Assembly (NCBI GenBank): GCA_951406725.2
Contig: OX597815.1
Coordinates: 24,490,001 to 24,554,000 of the forward strand
DNA: 64,000 bases
Origin: Octopus vulgaris
Taxonomy: Eukaryota
Direction: 5' to 3'
Shown here: piece after piece, positions 9,308 through 22,622 of the stretch
How positions within the stretch are numbered: position 1 is the first letter of the stretch
Layout of the letters: the number at the start of each line of letters is the position of its first letter
The notes under the pieces: model-generated
What the model saw: only the letters and a program-made list of their open reading frames with translations
Databases searched by the model: none
Told to the model about the DNA's origin: nothing
Made by a program: the position numbers and the translations under genes

Positions 9308-12300
9308 GGAAAATTTTCGGGGAATATTTTCGGGAAATTTTGGGGGAAAATTTTCAGTGAAAATTTTCAGAGAATTTTTGGGGAAAATCTTCGGTGAAAA
9401 GTTTCGAAAAATTTTTGGAGAAAATTTTCTGAAAATTTTTGGATAAAATATTCGGTGAAAATTTTCGGGAAATTTTCGGGTAAAATTTTCGGTGAAAATT
9501 TTCAGAAATATTTGGGGAAAATTTTCGATGAAAATTTTCGAAAAAGTTTTGGTCAAAATTTTGGAAAAGGTTTTGGGGAAAATTTTTGAAAGATTTTCAA
9601 TAAAAATTTTTGGGTAAAATTTTCGGTGAAAATTTTGGAAAAAGTATGGAAGGCCAGCGGTGCCAAAATCACAAAGTATGGAAGGCCAGCGGTGCCAAAA
9701 TCACAAAGTATGGAAGGCCAGCGGTGCCAAAATCACAAAGTATGGAAGGCCAGTGGTGCCAAAATCACAAAGTATGGAAGGCCAGCGGTGCCAAAATCAC
9801 AAAGTATGGAAGGCCAGTGGTGCCAAAATGTTTGGTAAAAATTGTGAAAAATATTTGGAGAAAATTTTCGAAAAATATTTGGGAAAATTTTCGAAAAATT
9901 TTTATGGAAAATTTTCGGTGAAAATTTTTGAAAATTTTTGGGTAAAATTTTCAGTGAAAATTTTCGGGAAATTTTCGGTGAAAATTTTGAAAAAGATTTT
10001 TGGGAAAATTTTTAGAAAATTTTCTCCAAAAATTTTTCGACAATTTTCACCGAAAATTTTCCCCACAAATTTTCTGAAAATTTTCACCGAAAACTTTTCG
10101 AAAATTTTCAGAGAAAATTTACCCCGAAAATTTTCTGAAAATTTTCATCAAAAATTTTACCCAAAGACTTTTGGAAAATTTTCACTGAAGTTTTTGGGTA
10201 AAATTTTCAGTGAAAATTTTCGGGAAATTTTCGGTGAAAATTTTGAAAAAGATTTTTGGGAAAACTTTTAGAAAATGTTCTCCAAAAATTTTTCGACAAT
10301 TTTCACCGAAAATTTTCCCCACAAATTTTCTGAAAATTTTCACCGAAAACTTTTCGAAAATTTTCAGAGAAAATTTACCCCGAAAATTTTCTGAAAATTT
10401 TCATCAAAAATTTTACCCAAAACTTTTGGAAAATTTTCACAGAAGTTTTTGGGTAAAATTTTCTGAAAATTTTTCTATAAAATTTTCGAAAAATTTTTGG
10501 AGAAAATTTTCGAAAGATATTTGGGGAAAATTTTGGAAAATTTTTATGGGAAATTTTCGGTGAAAATTTTTGGGTAAAATTTTCGGTGAAAATTTCGTAG
10601 AATATTTGGGGAAAATTTTCACTGAAAATTTTCGAAAAGTTATTGGGTAAAATTTTCGGTGAAAATTTTGGAAAAAGTATGGAAGGCCAGCGGTGCCAAA
10701 ATCACAAAGTATGGAAGGCCAGCGGTGCCAAAATCACAAAGTATGGAAGGCCAGCGGTGCCAAAATCACAAAGTATGGAAGGCCAGTGGTGCCAAAATTT
10801 TTGGTAAAAATTGCGAAAAATATTTGGAGAAAATTTTCGAAAAATATTTGGGGAAAATTTTCGAAAAATTTTTATGGAAAATTTTCGGTGAAAATTTTCG
10901 AAAATTTTTGGGTAAAATTTTCAGTGAAAATTTTCGGGAAATTTTCGGTGAAAATTTTGAAAAAGATTTTTGGGAAAATTTTTAGAAAATTTTCTCCAAA
11001 AATTTTTCGACAATTTTCACCGAAAATTTTCCCCACAAATTTTCTGAAAATTTTCACCGAAAACTTTTCGAAAATTTTCAGAGAAAATTTACCCCGAAAA
11101 TTTTCTGAAAATTTTCATCAAAAATTTTACCCAAAAACTTTTGGAAAATTTTCACTGAAGTTTTTGGGTAAAATTTTCAGAAAATTTTTGTATAAAATTT
11201 TCGAAAAATTTTTGGAGAAAATTTTCGAAAGATATTTGGGGAAAATTTTGGAAAATTTTTATGGGAAATTTTCGGTGAAAATTTTTGGGTAAAATTTTCG
11301 GTGAAAATTTCGAAGAATATTTGGGGAAAATTTTCTCTGAAAATTTTCGAAAAGTTTTTGGGTAAAATTTTCGGTGAAAATTTTCAGAAAATTTTTGGGT
11401 AAAATTTTCGAAAATTTTCAGAAAATTTTTAGGGAAAATTTTCGGTGAAAAGTTTCGAAAAATTTTTGGTGAAAATTTTCGAAATATTTCTGGGTGAAAT
11501 TTTCGAAAAACTTTTCGGTAAAATTTTCGGAAAATTTTTGGATAAAAAGTTTTCGAAACTTTTGACCAAAAATTTTTCGAAAATTTACACGGAAAGTTTT
11601 CCCCAAAAATTTTTCGAAAATTTTCACTGAAAATTTTACCAAAAACTTTTCGAAAATTTTACTCAAAAAGTTTTCGAAAATTTTCCCAAAAATTTTTCAG
11701 AAATTTTCACCGAAAATTTTACCCAAAAATTTTTGGAAAATTTTCTAGAAATATTTTTCGAAAATTTTCCCCAAAAATTTTCCGAAAATTTTCTCCAAAA
11801 AATACTTTGATTTTTCGAAAATTTTTGCCATACCTTGTGATTTTGGCAACGCTGGCTATCCATACTTTGTGATTTTGGCTCTGCTGGCCTTCCATACTTT
11901 GAGATTTTGGCACCGCTGGCCTTCCATACTTTGTGATTTTGGCACCGCTGGCCTTCCATACTTTTTCCAAAATTTTCACCGAAAATTTTCCATGAAAATC
12001 TTTGGAAAATTTTCCCCAAAAACTTTTCCAAAATTTTCACAGAAAATTTTCCATAAAAATTTTTCGAAAATTTTACACAAAAATTTTTCGAGAATTTTCT
12101 CTGAAAATTTTCCCCAAAAATTTTTCAAAAATTTCCACCGAAAATTTTGCACAAAAATTTTCACCGAAAATTTTCCTCAAAAATCTTTCGAAAATTTTCC
12201 CCAAAAATTTTTTGAAAATTTTCCCCAAAAAATTTTCCAAAATTTTGACCGAAAATTTTGCATAAAAATTTTTCGAAAATTTTACACAAATTTTTTTGGA

Positions 12301-12812
12301 AAATTTTCAATGAAAATTTTCTCCAAGAATTTTTTCGAAAATTTTCACCGAAAATTTTCTGCAAAAATTTTTCGAAAATTTTAGCCGAAAATTTTTGCCG
12401 AAAATTTTCCCCAAAAATTTTTTTAAAATTTTCACTGAAAATTTTACCAAAAACTTTTCGAAAATTTTCACCGAAAATTTCACCCAAAAATTTTTCATAA
12501 ATTTTTCACCGAAAATTTTCCCCAAATATTTTTCGAAAATTTTCCCTGAAAATTTTACCAAAAAATTTTTCGAAAATTTTCCCCGAAAATTATCTCCAAA
12601 AAGTACTTTGTGATTTTGGCAACGCTGGCTATCCATACTTTGTGATTTTGGCACCACTGGCCTCCCATACTTGAGATTTTGGCACCGCTGGCCTTCCATA
12701 CTTTGTGATTTTGGCACCGCTGGCCTTCCATACTTTGTGATTTTGAAACCGCTGGCCTTCCATACTTTTTCCAAAATTTTCACCGAAAATTTTCCACAAA
12801 ATTTTTGGAAAA
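9308..12812. repeat. 3.5-kb GAAAATTTTC-based satellite/foldback with four clusters of a 32-bp unit
   Basis: Unit AAAGTATGGAAGGCCAGCGGTGCCAAAATCAC: 6 copies at 9641-9829(+), 4 at 10674-10798(+), 4 at ~11836-11964(-), 5 at ~12608-12768(-). Confidence 0.92.
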
Positions 12813-12919
12813 TGAAACTGCGAGTTTTGGGAGGCTCGTAAGCTATTCCATTCTATTTTTGTCTGTCCTTGTTTGTCCCCTTCTATGTTGGACCCTCGTG
12901 GCTAATAAAGAAAAAGTTA

Positions 12920-13410
12920 TTGGCGAAGGCATGCCATCCGAACGTGCAATATAACAGTGACGACGAGGTTTCGAATAGTACCGAAATGGAAGAGTTCCCG
13001 AAAGCAGTTGTCAAACAAGAGCAGCAGCTACAGAAGTTAACAGAATTGTTACTGCAGTCAAGAAATACGACAGAATTATTTTCAGTGGACGGTGTTGCAA
13101 ATTCCATCGAAGAATTTCACTACAAACCGGATGAAGGAACTACTTTTACTGCATATTACAGACGATACGAAGACATATTCCGAGAGGAATGCAAGGGATG
13201 GTCTAGTGAAAGGAAGGTAAGACTTCTTTTGCAAAAGCTTGCCCCTATGGAACTTGAAAGTTTTTGTAACTTTATTTTGCCGCGGAATTGTGTTTTGATG
13301 AAATGATAAATATTTTGACTAATATTTTTAGCAAGAAAAGTTTGCTGTTTAACATTCGATGGGAATGTTTAAATTTAAAGAAAAATGAGTCTGACGATTT
13401 TGTAACATAT
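12920..13410 (+). mobile_element. LTR retrotransposon (Ty3/Gypsy-like) gag fragment
   Basis: FHYKPDEGTTFTAYYRRYEDIF...KVRLLLQKL...NFILP..., continuing after a frameshift as SLLFNIRWECLNL...DDFVTY. Confidence 0.7.
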
Positions 13411-13689
13411 GATTTACTTAATTTTCCTTCTCCCCTCCTTTTCTTTGAGTGTGTATGTATATATGTATGAATATATGTGAATGAATACATGTATATGTGT
13501 ATTTGTGTTTCTCAGCATGTATGAATGTGTAAGGTCCTATGTTTTTTTTTGCGTGTGTATGTGTTTATATGTGTATATGTATGTGTGTACACCTCTATAT
13601 ATGTGTTTATGTATGGGTATATGTATATGTGTGTGCATGTGGTGGAATAATCATCTGAATAATTGACTGGAGTTGTTAGGAAAGAAAAA

Positions 13690-14648
13690 GGGGTGAGGAA
13701 GAAATATAACCTATTAATAAAGGACGAAGCAGAGCAGATGCTAAAAACTATGGGCCTATGTCTCTGACCTCACACATCAGCAAAGTCATGGATGACTTTG
13801 ACTTGTCTCTTCTCCGACAATTTTTTGTCTCTTCTCCAACAATTTGTGGTTTCATATTTTGGCACAAGGCCTGAAATTGTTAGAGAAGAGACAAGACAAG
13901 TCTGAGGGAAACTAATTACATTCTTTGAAGAAAATGACTTGCTGACTGACACCTAGCATGGTTTTTGACCAGATAGAAGCTGCCTGATACAGCTCTTGCA
14001 GCACTATGACTGGGTGTTAGAGCAGCTGCTCAACAACTCAAAGGAGATCATGATATATCTCCACTTTGCAAAAGCCTTTAATAAAGTCAACCATGGTATG
14101 GTATATGTCACAAGTTGCATAATCTTGTCATTGACAAAAAACTTGGAGAGTGGCTACATGACATTCTAAAAGAAGTTGGGTAGTGGTAGCCAACAGGAAT
14201 TGCAAATGATAAGTAGTGTCCCACAGGGCACTGTCTTGGGGCCACTACTATTCATAGTGGCCTACTCAGACATGCCCACAGCTGCACAGATAGCCACCCC
14301 TACTAGCTATACAGATGATACAAAAGTCTCTCAGAAGATACAGAACCCTGGAGATGTTGCACATTTGCAACATGAGTTGGATGTAATATACAAGTGGACT
14401 GAGGACAATGACATGCAGTTGAAAGCTGGAAAATTCTAAGCCATGTGGTACCAACACATGGAGCTGAATGAAATACAGACAGGATACACTGGCCCAGGTG
14501 CAGTCCCTGAATCAAAATCAGTTCACAATCTGGACATTGGCATAAGTAATGAGGCATCTTTCCAAGTGCATATTACTAAGTTGGCAATAAAATGCAGATA
14601 ACTGGCTGGCTGGATCCTTAGAACTTTCAGAATGAGAGAACAGAAATA
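13690..14648 (+). mobile_element. CR1/L2-like LINE reverse transcriptase fragment (degenerate)
   Basis: PINKG..KNY.PMSLTSH, RSCLIQLL, FAKAFNKVNH, VPQGTVLGPLLF, YTDDTK motifs with stops. Confidence 0.88.
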
Positions 14649-14649
14649 A

Positions 14650-15900
14650 TTTGCATTATTTAAGAAGAATTGCTGGGAATCCTCTGGAACCAGCAGCTGA
14701 GTTTGTGTCTACATCATCTATAGCCAGTGTTACATCCTCTTCTATGATGAAATCAATTGTTACTGCTTCACTTTTTACATATGTAGTGGTAAAGAATTTT
14801 ACAGCTTTGTTTACTTGCATGAGCCATAAGAGAGGTGTGAAAACATTCTTGAATTGTTCATTCAGTGTTTCACTTATCCTCATTGGGTTTTCCAGAGGGA
14901 ACTATCTTTTGGGGAGAGTGGCCCTACCCTGCATTGAAGCAGTTTCTTTGGTGTACTTAAAGAAAGCTTTTGGGTTTGATTTTATAATTTTTATAACTCA
15001 GGCTTCTTTATCTGCTCTTTCATTTTCAAGATAACATTTCAGATTTTTCTCAATTTCCACCAGTGTTGTTTTGAAGCAGGATTTTTCACTGCTAAGAGTT
15101 CTCTGTTTAGACAGTTTGCAATCTTTGTACGCTGTCTCATAAGAACTTTCCTCTCCTTGGGAATCTTGTTCTTATGTGTAGTGGTCTTTCTGAGACAATC
15201 TTGTAGCATGAATTCTTTGAATTTCATGTCAGTGTCAGATATAGAGAGGCATTGGGGTGAATCCTATTCAATGATCTCTTTCTCAATTGATTTCCACTAT
15301 GCTTTATGGAAGTTCAGATTGGATAGATTTTGGGTGCTTGTCATAGGTTACATGTCTATGGGTTTCTTTGATCCGTACAAAGGTCAACTCTACTATATTG
15401 TGATCCAAGATTAGTGTCAGTGTCACTCTCATACTATAGATGAAATCCATATTATTTGTGAAGCAGAAATCAAGTATATTGTTTGCCCTGGTTGGTTGGG
15501 GTATTACTTGCTCCATGTATAATGTGTTGGTGAGGTTGAGCAAAGATTCCACCTGTCTTTTGTCATTCCTTAGAGTAAAAGGCCCTCAGGCCAACCTATG
15601 TTGGGCATGTTGAAATCTCTCATGGGAAATATACTGATGTGTTGTTCTAGTTTGTCTGGAGCTTCTATCTTTGCAAGGCAGCCTTCGAATAAGCTTGTGT
15701 GATTTGGAGCATCTGGTGGGAGATAAGTAATACTTATAACTACACTGAATTGTGTCTTATATGTACATTTAGTGAGTCACACACTGAATTTGAGTGTGAC
15801 AAAAGGAGGCATGAAGTCTCTACGGATGTACATTGCAATTCCACCATGACTCCTGTCTTTTCTGTTGCCTTGCAATATAACATACTTTGGTACATGTGTT
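14650..15900 (-). mobile_element. CR1-like LINE endonuclease/linker fragment (degenerate)
   Basis: PTRANNILDFCFTN, DHNIV, LNEQFKNVFT, SAAGSRGFPAILLK motifs. Confidence 0.82.
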
Positions 15901-16984
15901 TCTGCATCAGCGATGTCAGGTTTTAGGTGCATTTCAGAAAGACCCTCAGCTACAGGAGTGTGAAGATAGAAATCTGAGGAGTTAACAAACTTAAATGCCT
16001 AACAGAATATATGAAAGATGTACGGGGATCTATATAGCATGTGAGGAAGGGAATGTAACATGGATGGTGGGTAGCCCTATGCATGAATGATGAGGAGACC
16101 TGAAAAATAGTCTTATTTACAAGCTCATCCAAAGAGTATTGCCTTCCTGTATAGAGTAACATTTAACCAAAGTGACATTCAGTGATGTGCTATGAGAAAT
16201 AAACATGAAATATTTCATTGTGATTTTGGAGGAGCATGGTTCATTCAATGTCACTGAACAAGATGTTGAAGGAGAAATTCCCACATGATATGGAAAGTAC
16301 AAAATAATGATGAACAAAGAACTTTTGAAAGGCCTTTCAAGGAATCCATTCTTGTTGAGAAGACAAAAATTACTTGAGTACACTGAGCATTTTGAGATAA
16401 GAATGCAAGTAAATTCTAATAAATTATTAAATGACCGGTCAGTTCAATCTTGTTTCATTTGAGAACACCACTGCCTCATCCTAAGCTACCAAAAAAGCCC
16501 TCATGAGGTTAAGTTCAAAGACTAAATAAATATGGATACAAGTTCATAAACTTATTAATACTGTTTTAGTGTTGCTGTAAAACTGCCAATGATGTATACT
16601 TTCCTTTTTGTCTTGGTGGTTATTTGTTCTTAACTTCATATTGTGCTGCTCTTGTATTTACAATATTGGACATACATACATATATACATCATTATTTAAC
16701 ATTCACTTTTCCATGCTTGTGTGGGTCAGATGGAAATTTTTGATGCAAATCTTTTGTTGCTAGACACCATTCCTGTCACTAACCTTTTGCCAGTTTTCAA
16801 ACAAGGAAGAAATCAAGAAACAAACAACTTTGGAACCCAGCCAGCTTTCAAGTTCCTGTCAAACTGTCCAACTCATGCCAGCATGGAAAGTGGACATTAA
16901 ATGATGATGATTATGACATGTATATATAGTTTTTAGAAAAATATAAATCTGGAGAAGAAGCACACTCTAAGTAGAGTAGTGTTT

Positions 16985-19453
16985 ATTTTTTCCTGGTGAA
17001 GGCCAGTTTATGGGGTTACTCTGGGTTTCCTGTGCATAAAGGGTTTAACTTTATGGCTTATCGTCAAACCCCAAGACCTCATGGCCTATGACCTCTTTAA
17101 AATATGGAGAAAAGTTTGGATTATCTCCTTTTGCTAATGACAATTGACTTCCGGCTGTACTGCCATCGTTCAGTTGCCAAATGTGGCTGGCCAGCAATGT
17201 TACATATCTCCTTTTCAGAATTCGGAAGGAGGATCCATGGTTGGAAAAAACCAATATATTTCCGTGAACGCACGATGTTGGTATTGTACCCATTATTGTT
17301 GCTGTTGTTGCTACTGCTACTGTTGATGTAGTTGTAGATGCTGATGTTGTTGCTGTTGTTCCTGTCACCAATGTTGTTGTTGCTGCTGCTGCTGCTTGTT
17401 GGTATGTTTGTTTGTTTAGCGAAGCGGTCTTCATCCTGGGAGAAGTCCAAAACGTGGTCCTTTGCTATTCGTAAGACCCGCAGAAGAGAAAGCAGGTCAA
17501 CCTCCGACACCAAGAGCATTGACGGATGGATAAATGCGCATCCAGGTTCAGTGGTTGCGTGGGAAGCCGGGGACAAGAAACAGGAAGAAAGAGTGAGAGA
17601 AAGTTGGGGCGAAAGAGTACAACAGGGGTCGCCACCACCCTCTGCCGGAGCCTCGTGGAGCTTTAGGTGTTTTCGCTCAATAAATACACGCAACGCCTGG
17701 TCTGGGAATTGAAACAGCAATCCTCTGACCACGAGTCCGCTGCCCTAACCACTGGGCCATTGCATCTCCTGTTGCTGCTGCTGTTATTGTTGTTGTTAAG
17801 CAACAAGATGGGTAAGGGTGATTAGGTGATGGTCTAGGGCTTAGGGGCAGGAGACCCCAGACTTTGGAAGAAAAAAAAAACAAAAGGACTTTGGTCGTCT
17901 TGTTGTAGTCGAGGGCTTTTCGTTGACGTCCGACACCACTGGGAGGTGGCCCTCGAAGTCGCTGGAAATGGAGATCTCCAGGACCAAATTCTTGAATGGC
18001 TGCTGCTGCTGCTGTTGATGCCATTGACAATGTTGTTGTCATTACTGCTGTTGATGTTGCTATTGCTGATGATGTTGCTGCTGCTATTGAGGGTGTTGTT
18101 GCTGCTGCTGATGTTGTTGGTGCCAGAGCTGCTGGTGTTTGGTACCACTGAAGGTGGTGATTGTGTCAGTAATGTTATTTATTTCTTTACTGCCCACAAG
18201 GGGCTAAACACAGAGGGGACAAACAAGGACAGACAAACGGATTAAGTCGATTATATCGACCCCAGTGTGTAACTGGTACTTATTTAATCGACCCCAAAAG
18301 GATGAAAGGCAAAGTCGACCTCGGCAGAATTTGAACTCAGAACGTAGCGGCAGACGAAATACCGCTAAGCATTTCGCCCAGTGTGCTAACGTTTCTGCCA
18401 GCTCGCTGCCGTCAGTAATGTTATTGCTCCTGTGTGTATTGCTGGCCCTGCATGTGTTGCCAGTAAAACACCTGTTTATGTTGTTACTAATGATATTGAT
18501 GTAGTTGATGTTGTTGTTGCTACTGCTGCTGTTGTTGTTGTTGTTGTTAAGCAACAAGATGGGTAAGGGTGATTAGGTGATGGTCTAGGGCTTAGGGGCA
18601 GGAGACCCCAGACCTTGGAAAAAAAAAACTTTGGTCATCTTGTTGTTGTCGAGGGCTCTTCGTTGACGTCCGACACCACTGGGAGGTGGCCCTCGAAGTC
18701 ACCGGAAATGGAGATCTTCAGGTCCAAATTCTTGAACGGCTGCTACTGCTGCTGCTGCTGCTAATGTTGATGGTGCTGTTGCTGGAGCCGGAGCTGTTAT
18801 TGTAGGTGTTGGCATTGGTAATACTATTGCCGTTGCCGGTCATGGAAGTGCTGCTATTGTTGCCAGAGGTGTCATTAGTTGAGCTTATGCTAAGGCTACC
18901 ATTGCTGTTGTTGCCAATATAATTGGTGTCGGCACTGGGTCTGTTACTGCTGTTACAATCGGTCCTGCCAGTGTGGGTATTAGCAGGTCTGCTACTGTGG
19001 ACATCAGGGAAGTTGATGGTAAGGCTGGTGTTGAAGGCGACATTCCTGTAGGTGATGTTAGTGATGGTGCCATTGGGAGTGTTGCTGGTGTTGTTGACAG
19101 CACTTAAGTTGTCCTTAGTAGTGGTGATGACAGCTCTGGTGTTGGTTCTGTCGGCGTATCTACAGCTGGTATTGTTTCTGCCAGTAGAAGTGCCAGGGTT
19201 CACCCATACATCGGCTTGATAGATGACTCCTTTGGTTTCGCAGTGGCCTCCTACCAGACAACTGCTGCAGATCCTGCATGAACAACCTGCCCTTTTCTGT
19301 GTCCTAGGGACACTAACTGGGATGCTCTTAATATTGGGGGCACAACTAAACGAGACCCTAACATTATGCTTGTTGAAAATGGGTCCGTACCTGTGGGAGC
19401 TGGTGACGTGCTTGTGGACAGGAAACCCCATAAACTGGCCTTCACCAGAAAAA
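16985..19453 (-). mobile_element. Penelope-like element relic (Cys-rich linker plus GIY-YIG), with triplet expansion and nested SINEs
   Basis: IFNKHNVRVSFSCAPNIKSI..CSCRICSSCLVGGHC..KGVIYQA (ORF 18718-19431) and KYIG / NHGSSFR..LASHIWQL (~17150-17265). Confidence 0.78.
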
Positions 19454-20251
19454 TATATATATATATATATATATATACTCTTTTATTTGTTTCAGTCGTT
19501 TGACTGTGGCCATGCTGGAGCACCGTCTGTAGTTGAACAAATCAATCCCAGGACTTATTCTTTGTAAGACTGGTACTTATTCTATCGGTCTCTTTTGCCA
19601 AGCCTCTCTAAGTTACAGGGATGCAAACACACCAACATTGGTTGCCAAGTTATGGTTGGAAGACAAACACAGACACAAAAAATTATATACATATACAATG
19701 GGCTTCCTTCAGTTTCTGTCTACAAAATTCACTCACAAGGCTTTGGTTGACCTGAGGCTTTAGTAGAAGACACTTTCTCAAAAGGTGCCATGCAGTGGGA
19801 CTGACCCCAGAACCATGTGGCTGGGAAGCAAGTTTCCTACCACACAGCCATGCCTGCACACAAACGCACACACATACACACACGCATAAATATATATATT
19901 GTGAAGGCGCGTAGCTTAGTGGTTAGGATATTCGGCTCATGATCGTAAGGTCGTGAGTTCAATTCCTGGCGACATGTTGAGTCTTTGAGCAAGACACTTT
20001 ATTTCATGTTGCTCCAGTCCACTCAGCTGGCAAAAATGAGTAGTACCTATATTTCAAAAGGCCAGCCTTGTCACACTGAATCTGCCTGAGAACTACGTTA
20101 AGGGTACATGTGTCTGTGGAGTGCTCAGCCACTTGCATGTTAATTTCATGAGCAGGCTGTTCCATTGATCGTATAAGCTGGGACCCTCATTGTTGTAAGC
20201 GACGGAGTGGTCCTATATATACATACATACATACGCAATAAGTCGAAACAG

Positions 20252-20725
20252 GGGCAGCTGAAGAAGGGGAATGTTCCTTGTGTTGTTTGTCTTGTACTCT
20301 GTTTTTTCGTTGTTAAAAAAAGTCCGTTTCCATGTTTTGTTTTTATGTTTTCGTTTCTCGTTGTGTTCTACGTTTATTTGTGGTGTCCTGTACCCATATA
20401 TGCATGTATATATACATTTAGATGTAAGTATGTACATATATGTATGTATGTATGCATATGTTTTATTTATTAAATTGTTATATATATATATATAATAAAT
20501 TAATAAATAAAATAAAACATGCATATATACATACATATATGTATGTACCTACCTCTATATGTATATACACATGCATATATGGGTACAGGACACCAAAAAA
20601 ACGTCGAACACAATGAGAAACGAAAACATAAACACAAAACCAAGGAACTGGACATTTTTCTTAAACAACGAAAAAATAGAGTACAGTACAAATAACACAA
20701 GGAAAATTCCCCTTCTTCAGTCGCC
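20252..20725. repeat. Tail-to-tail inverted repeat (arms of ~230 bp) around (TA)n; single arm also at ~55070-55310
   Basis: ctgaagaaggggaatgttccttg...tacccatatatgcatg mirrored by catgcatatatgggta...caaggaaaattccccttcttcag. Confidence 0.85.
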
Positions 20726-21756
20726 ATGGTATCATCTACTCTGCGTTTCGAAGGTGAAGGCGATACACATCTTCGATAGAAACTTTCCTTCTCGCGAAAA
20801 GCAAATTAAAAAAAATTTGAGATCTTTTTGCGGAGGGGTAAAAATGGTAACAAAAACAGGACAGTAACGTCAGTACAAAATATGGTGGAATTGTTGTTGT
20901 ATCTCAGACAAAATGCTCAATGACATTTCCCCCAGCTCTCTTTGTTCTGAGCTCAAATTTGCCTTTCATTCTTTTGGAGGCAATAAAATATGTACCAGTT
21001 CAGCATTGGAATCAATGTAATCAACTTCCATTCTCCCTTGTGTTGAAATTTGAAACCTCTTCTTTTTTTCTTTTATTCTTTTACTTGTTTCAGTCATTTG
21101 GCTGCGGCCATGCTGGAGCACCGCCTTTAATCGAGCAACTCGACCCCGGGACTTATTCTTTTGTAAGCCCAGTTCTCTTTTGCCGAACCGCTAAGTAACG
21201 GGTACATAAACACACCAGCATCGGTTGTCAAGCAATGCTAGGGGGACAAACACAGACACACAAACACACACACATATATATACATATATACGACAGGCTT
21301 CTTTCAGTTTCCATCTACCAAATCCATTCACAAGGCTTTGGTCGGCCTGTGGCTATAGTAGAAGACACTTGCCCAAGGTGCCACGCAGTGGGACCGAACC
21401 CAGAACCATGTGGTTGGTAAACAAGCTACTTACCACACAGCCACTCCTGCGCCTTTATTAATCATATCATTTTTAATTGGTCGAAGATACAAGTGATTCG
21501 AGGGTTGGGAGATCCATGGGCTTCTCAAACTGACATGACTTCAAATTTAGGGGCTTGCTTTGTTATACTGAGTGAATTATAATTATTTCATCTTTCACTT
21601 GTTTCAGTTATTGGACTGTGGCTCTGTTGGATCACTGCTTTGAAGGGTTTAGTTAAACAAATCAACCATTTTTGAAATCTAATACTTGCTCTATCAGTCT
21701 CTCTTGCCAACCTACTAAGTTACAGGGATATAAACAAACTAACAAAAGTTTTATAT

Positions 21757-22200
21757 ATCTATTATATAAAATCCGTTCTGTCTGTCTGTGTGTGTCTTCT
21801 AGGATCTCAGGCATCCTCCATCCGATTGCGCTCAAATTTGATATGTAGATACCGATGGTATCAGGGCATGTATAAGTCTTGAAAAAATTACAAAAATCGA
21901 TTCCAGGTGAGAATGCGATCGATAAAGCCATGGGAACCTGCATTTGTACACGCAAGTACATCAGCTGTTGCGATCGACACTATGTGTACGCGAAAAAAAT
22001 GCACTTGCAGTTTGCACAAAAAAAGCCGGCTGGCTTGAAATAATGCCACAAAATGCAGTATATTTAAGAGACCAAAAAAGTAAGATGCAAAAGAGATATT
22101 TTCTTCAAACTTGGCATGAAGGAAGGAAAGACTATTTGGTTTCTCAAGAAGTTCTTTTTTGCCTTAACTTCATTTAACAAAACCAAAAATTTTATTGAAA
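21757..22200 (+). mobile_element. Helitron/Helentron-like 5' fragment
   Basis: ATCTATTATATAAAA..(CTGT)n..CCGATTGCGCTCAAATTTG layout typical of such elements; no 3' end seen. Confidence 0.45.
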
Positions 22201-22622
22201 TAAAGGCATGCTTAATTATTTTTTAATGAAAAGAAAACACTGATTGCTTTTTATTCAGCAGATATGATTCAGTACCGTCCATTCGAGGGGGGGCGTTTTG
22301 CTCGTATATATATATATATATATATATAATGGGTTTCCATTCAATTTTCTGTTGACCAAATCTTTTCCCAAGACATCTGTTGGCCCAAAGCTATATAGCA
22401 GAAGACACTTACACAAGGTGCTGTGCAGTGGGGCCAAACCTAAAATCACATGGCCACAAAGTGAGCTTTTTAGTCACAAAGCATTCAAATAAAAATAAGT
22501 TGAAGGGTTAGTGTTTCAATCCTGCAAGAGTAAACTTTACTTTTCATCCCTTCAGAGTTGATAGAATAAGTGCCAGTTATTTATGAGGGTTTAATTAAAT
22601 TAACTGTCTTGCTACAAAATTG

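Noticed and set aside
9641-12768. 32-bp repeats as a CRISPR array
   Set aside because: Units are head-to-tail with no unique spacers, there are no cas genes and the context is eukaryotic.
9239-12783. K/F/I/E/N-rich ORFs
   Set aside because: Translations of the satellite, open in many frames on both strands.
15950-16500. Coding-like segment
   Set aside because: Multiple stops, no recognisable motif and no splice context.
20243-20275. GAAA...CTGAAGA as a permuted hammerhead (also 55070 and ~40980-41015)
   Set aside because: Stems I-III and an NUH triplet could not be drawn in register.
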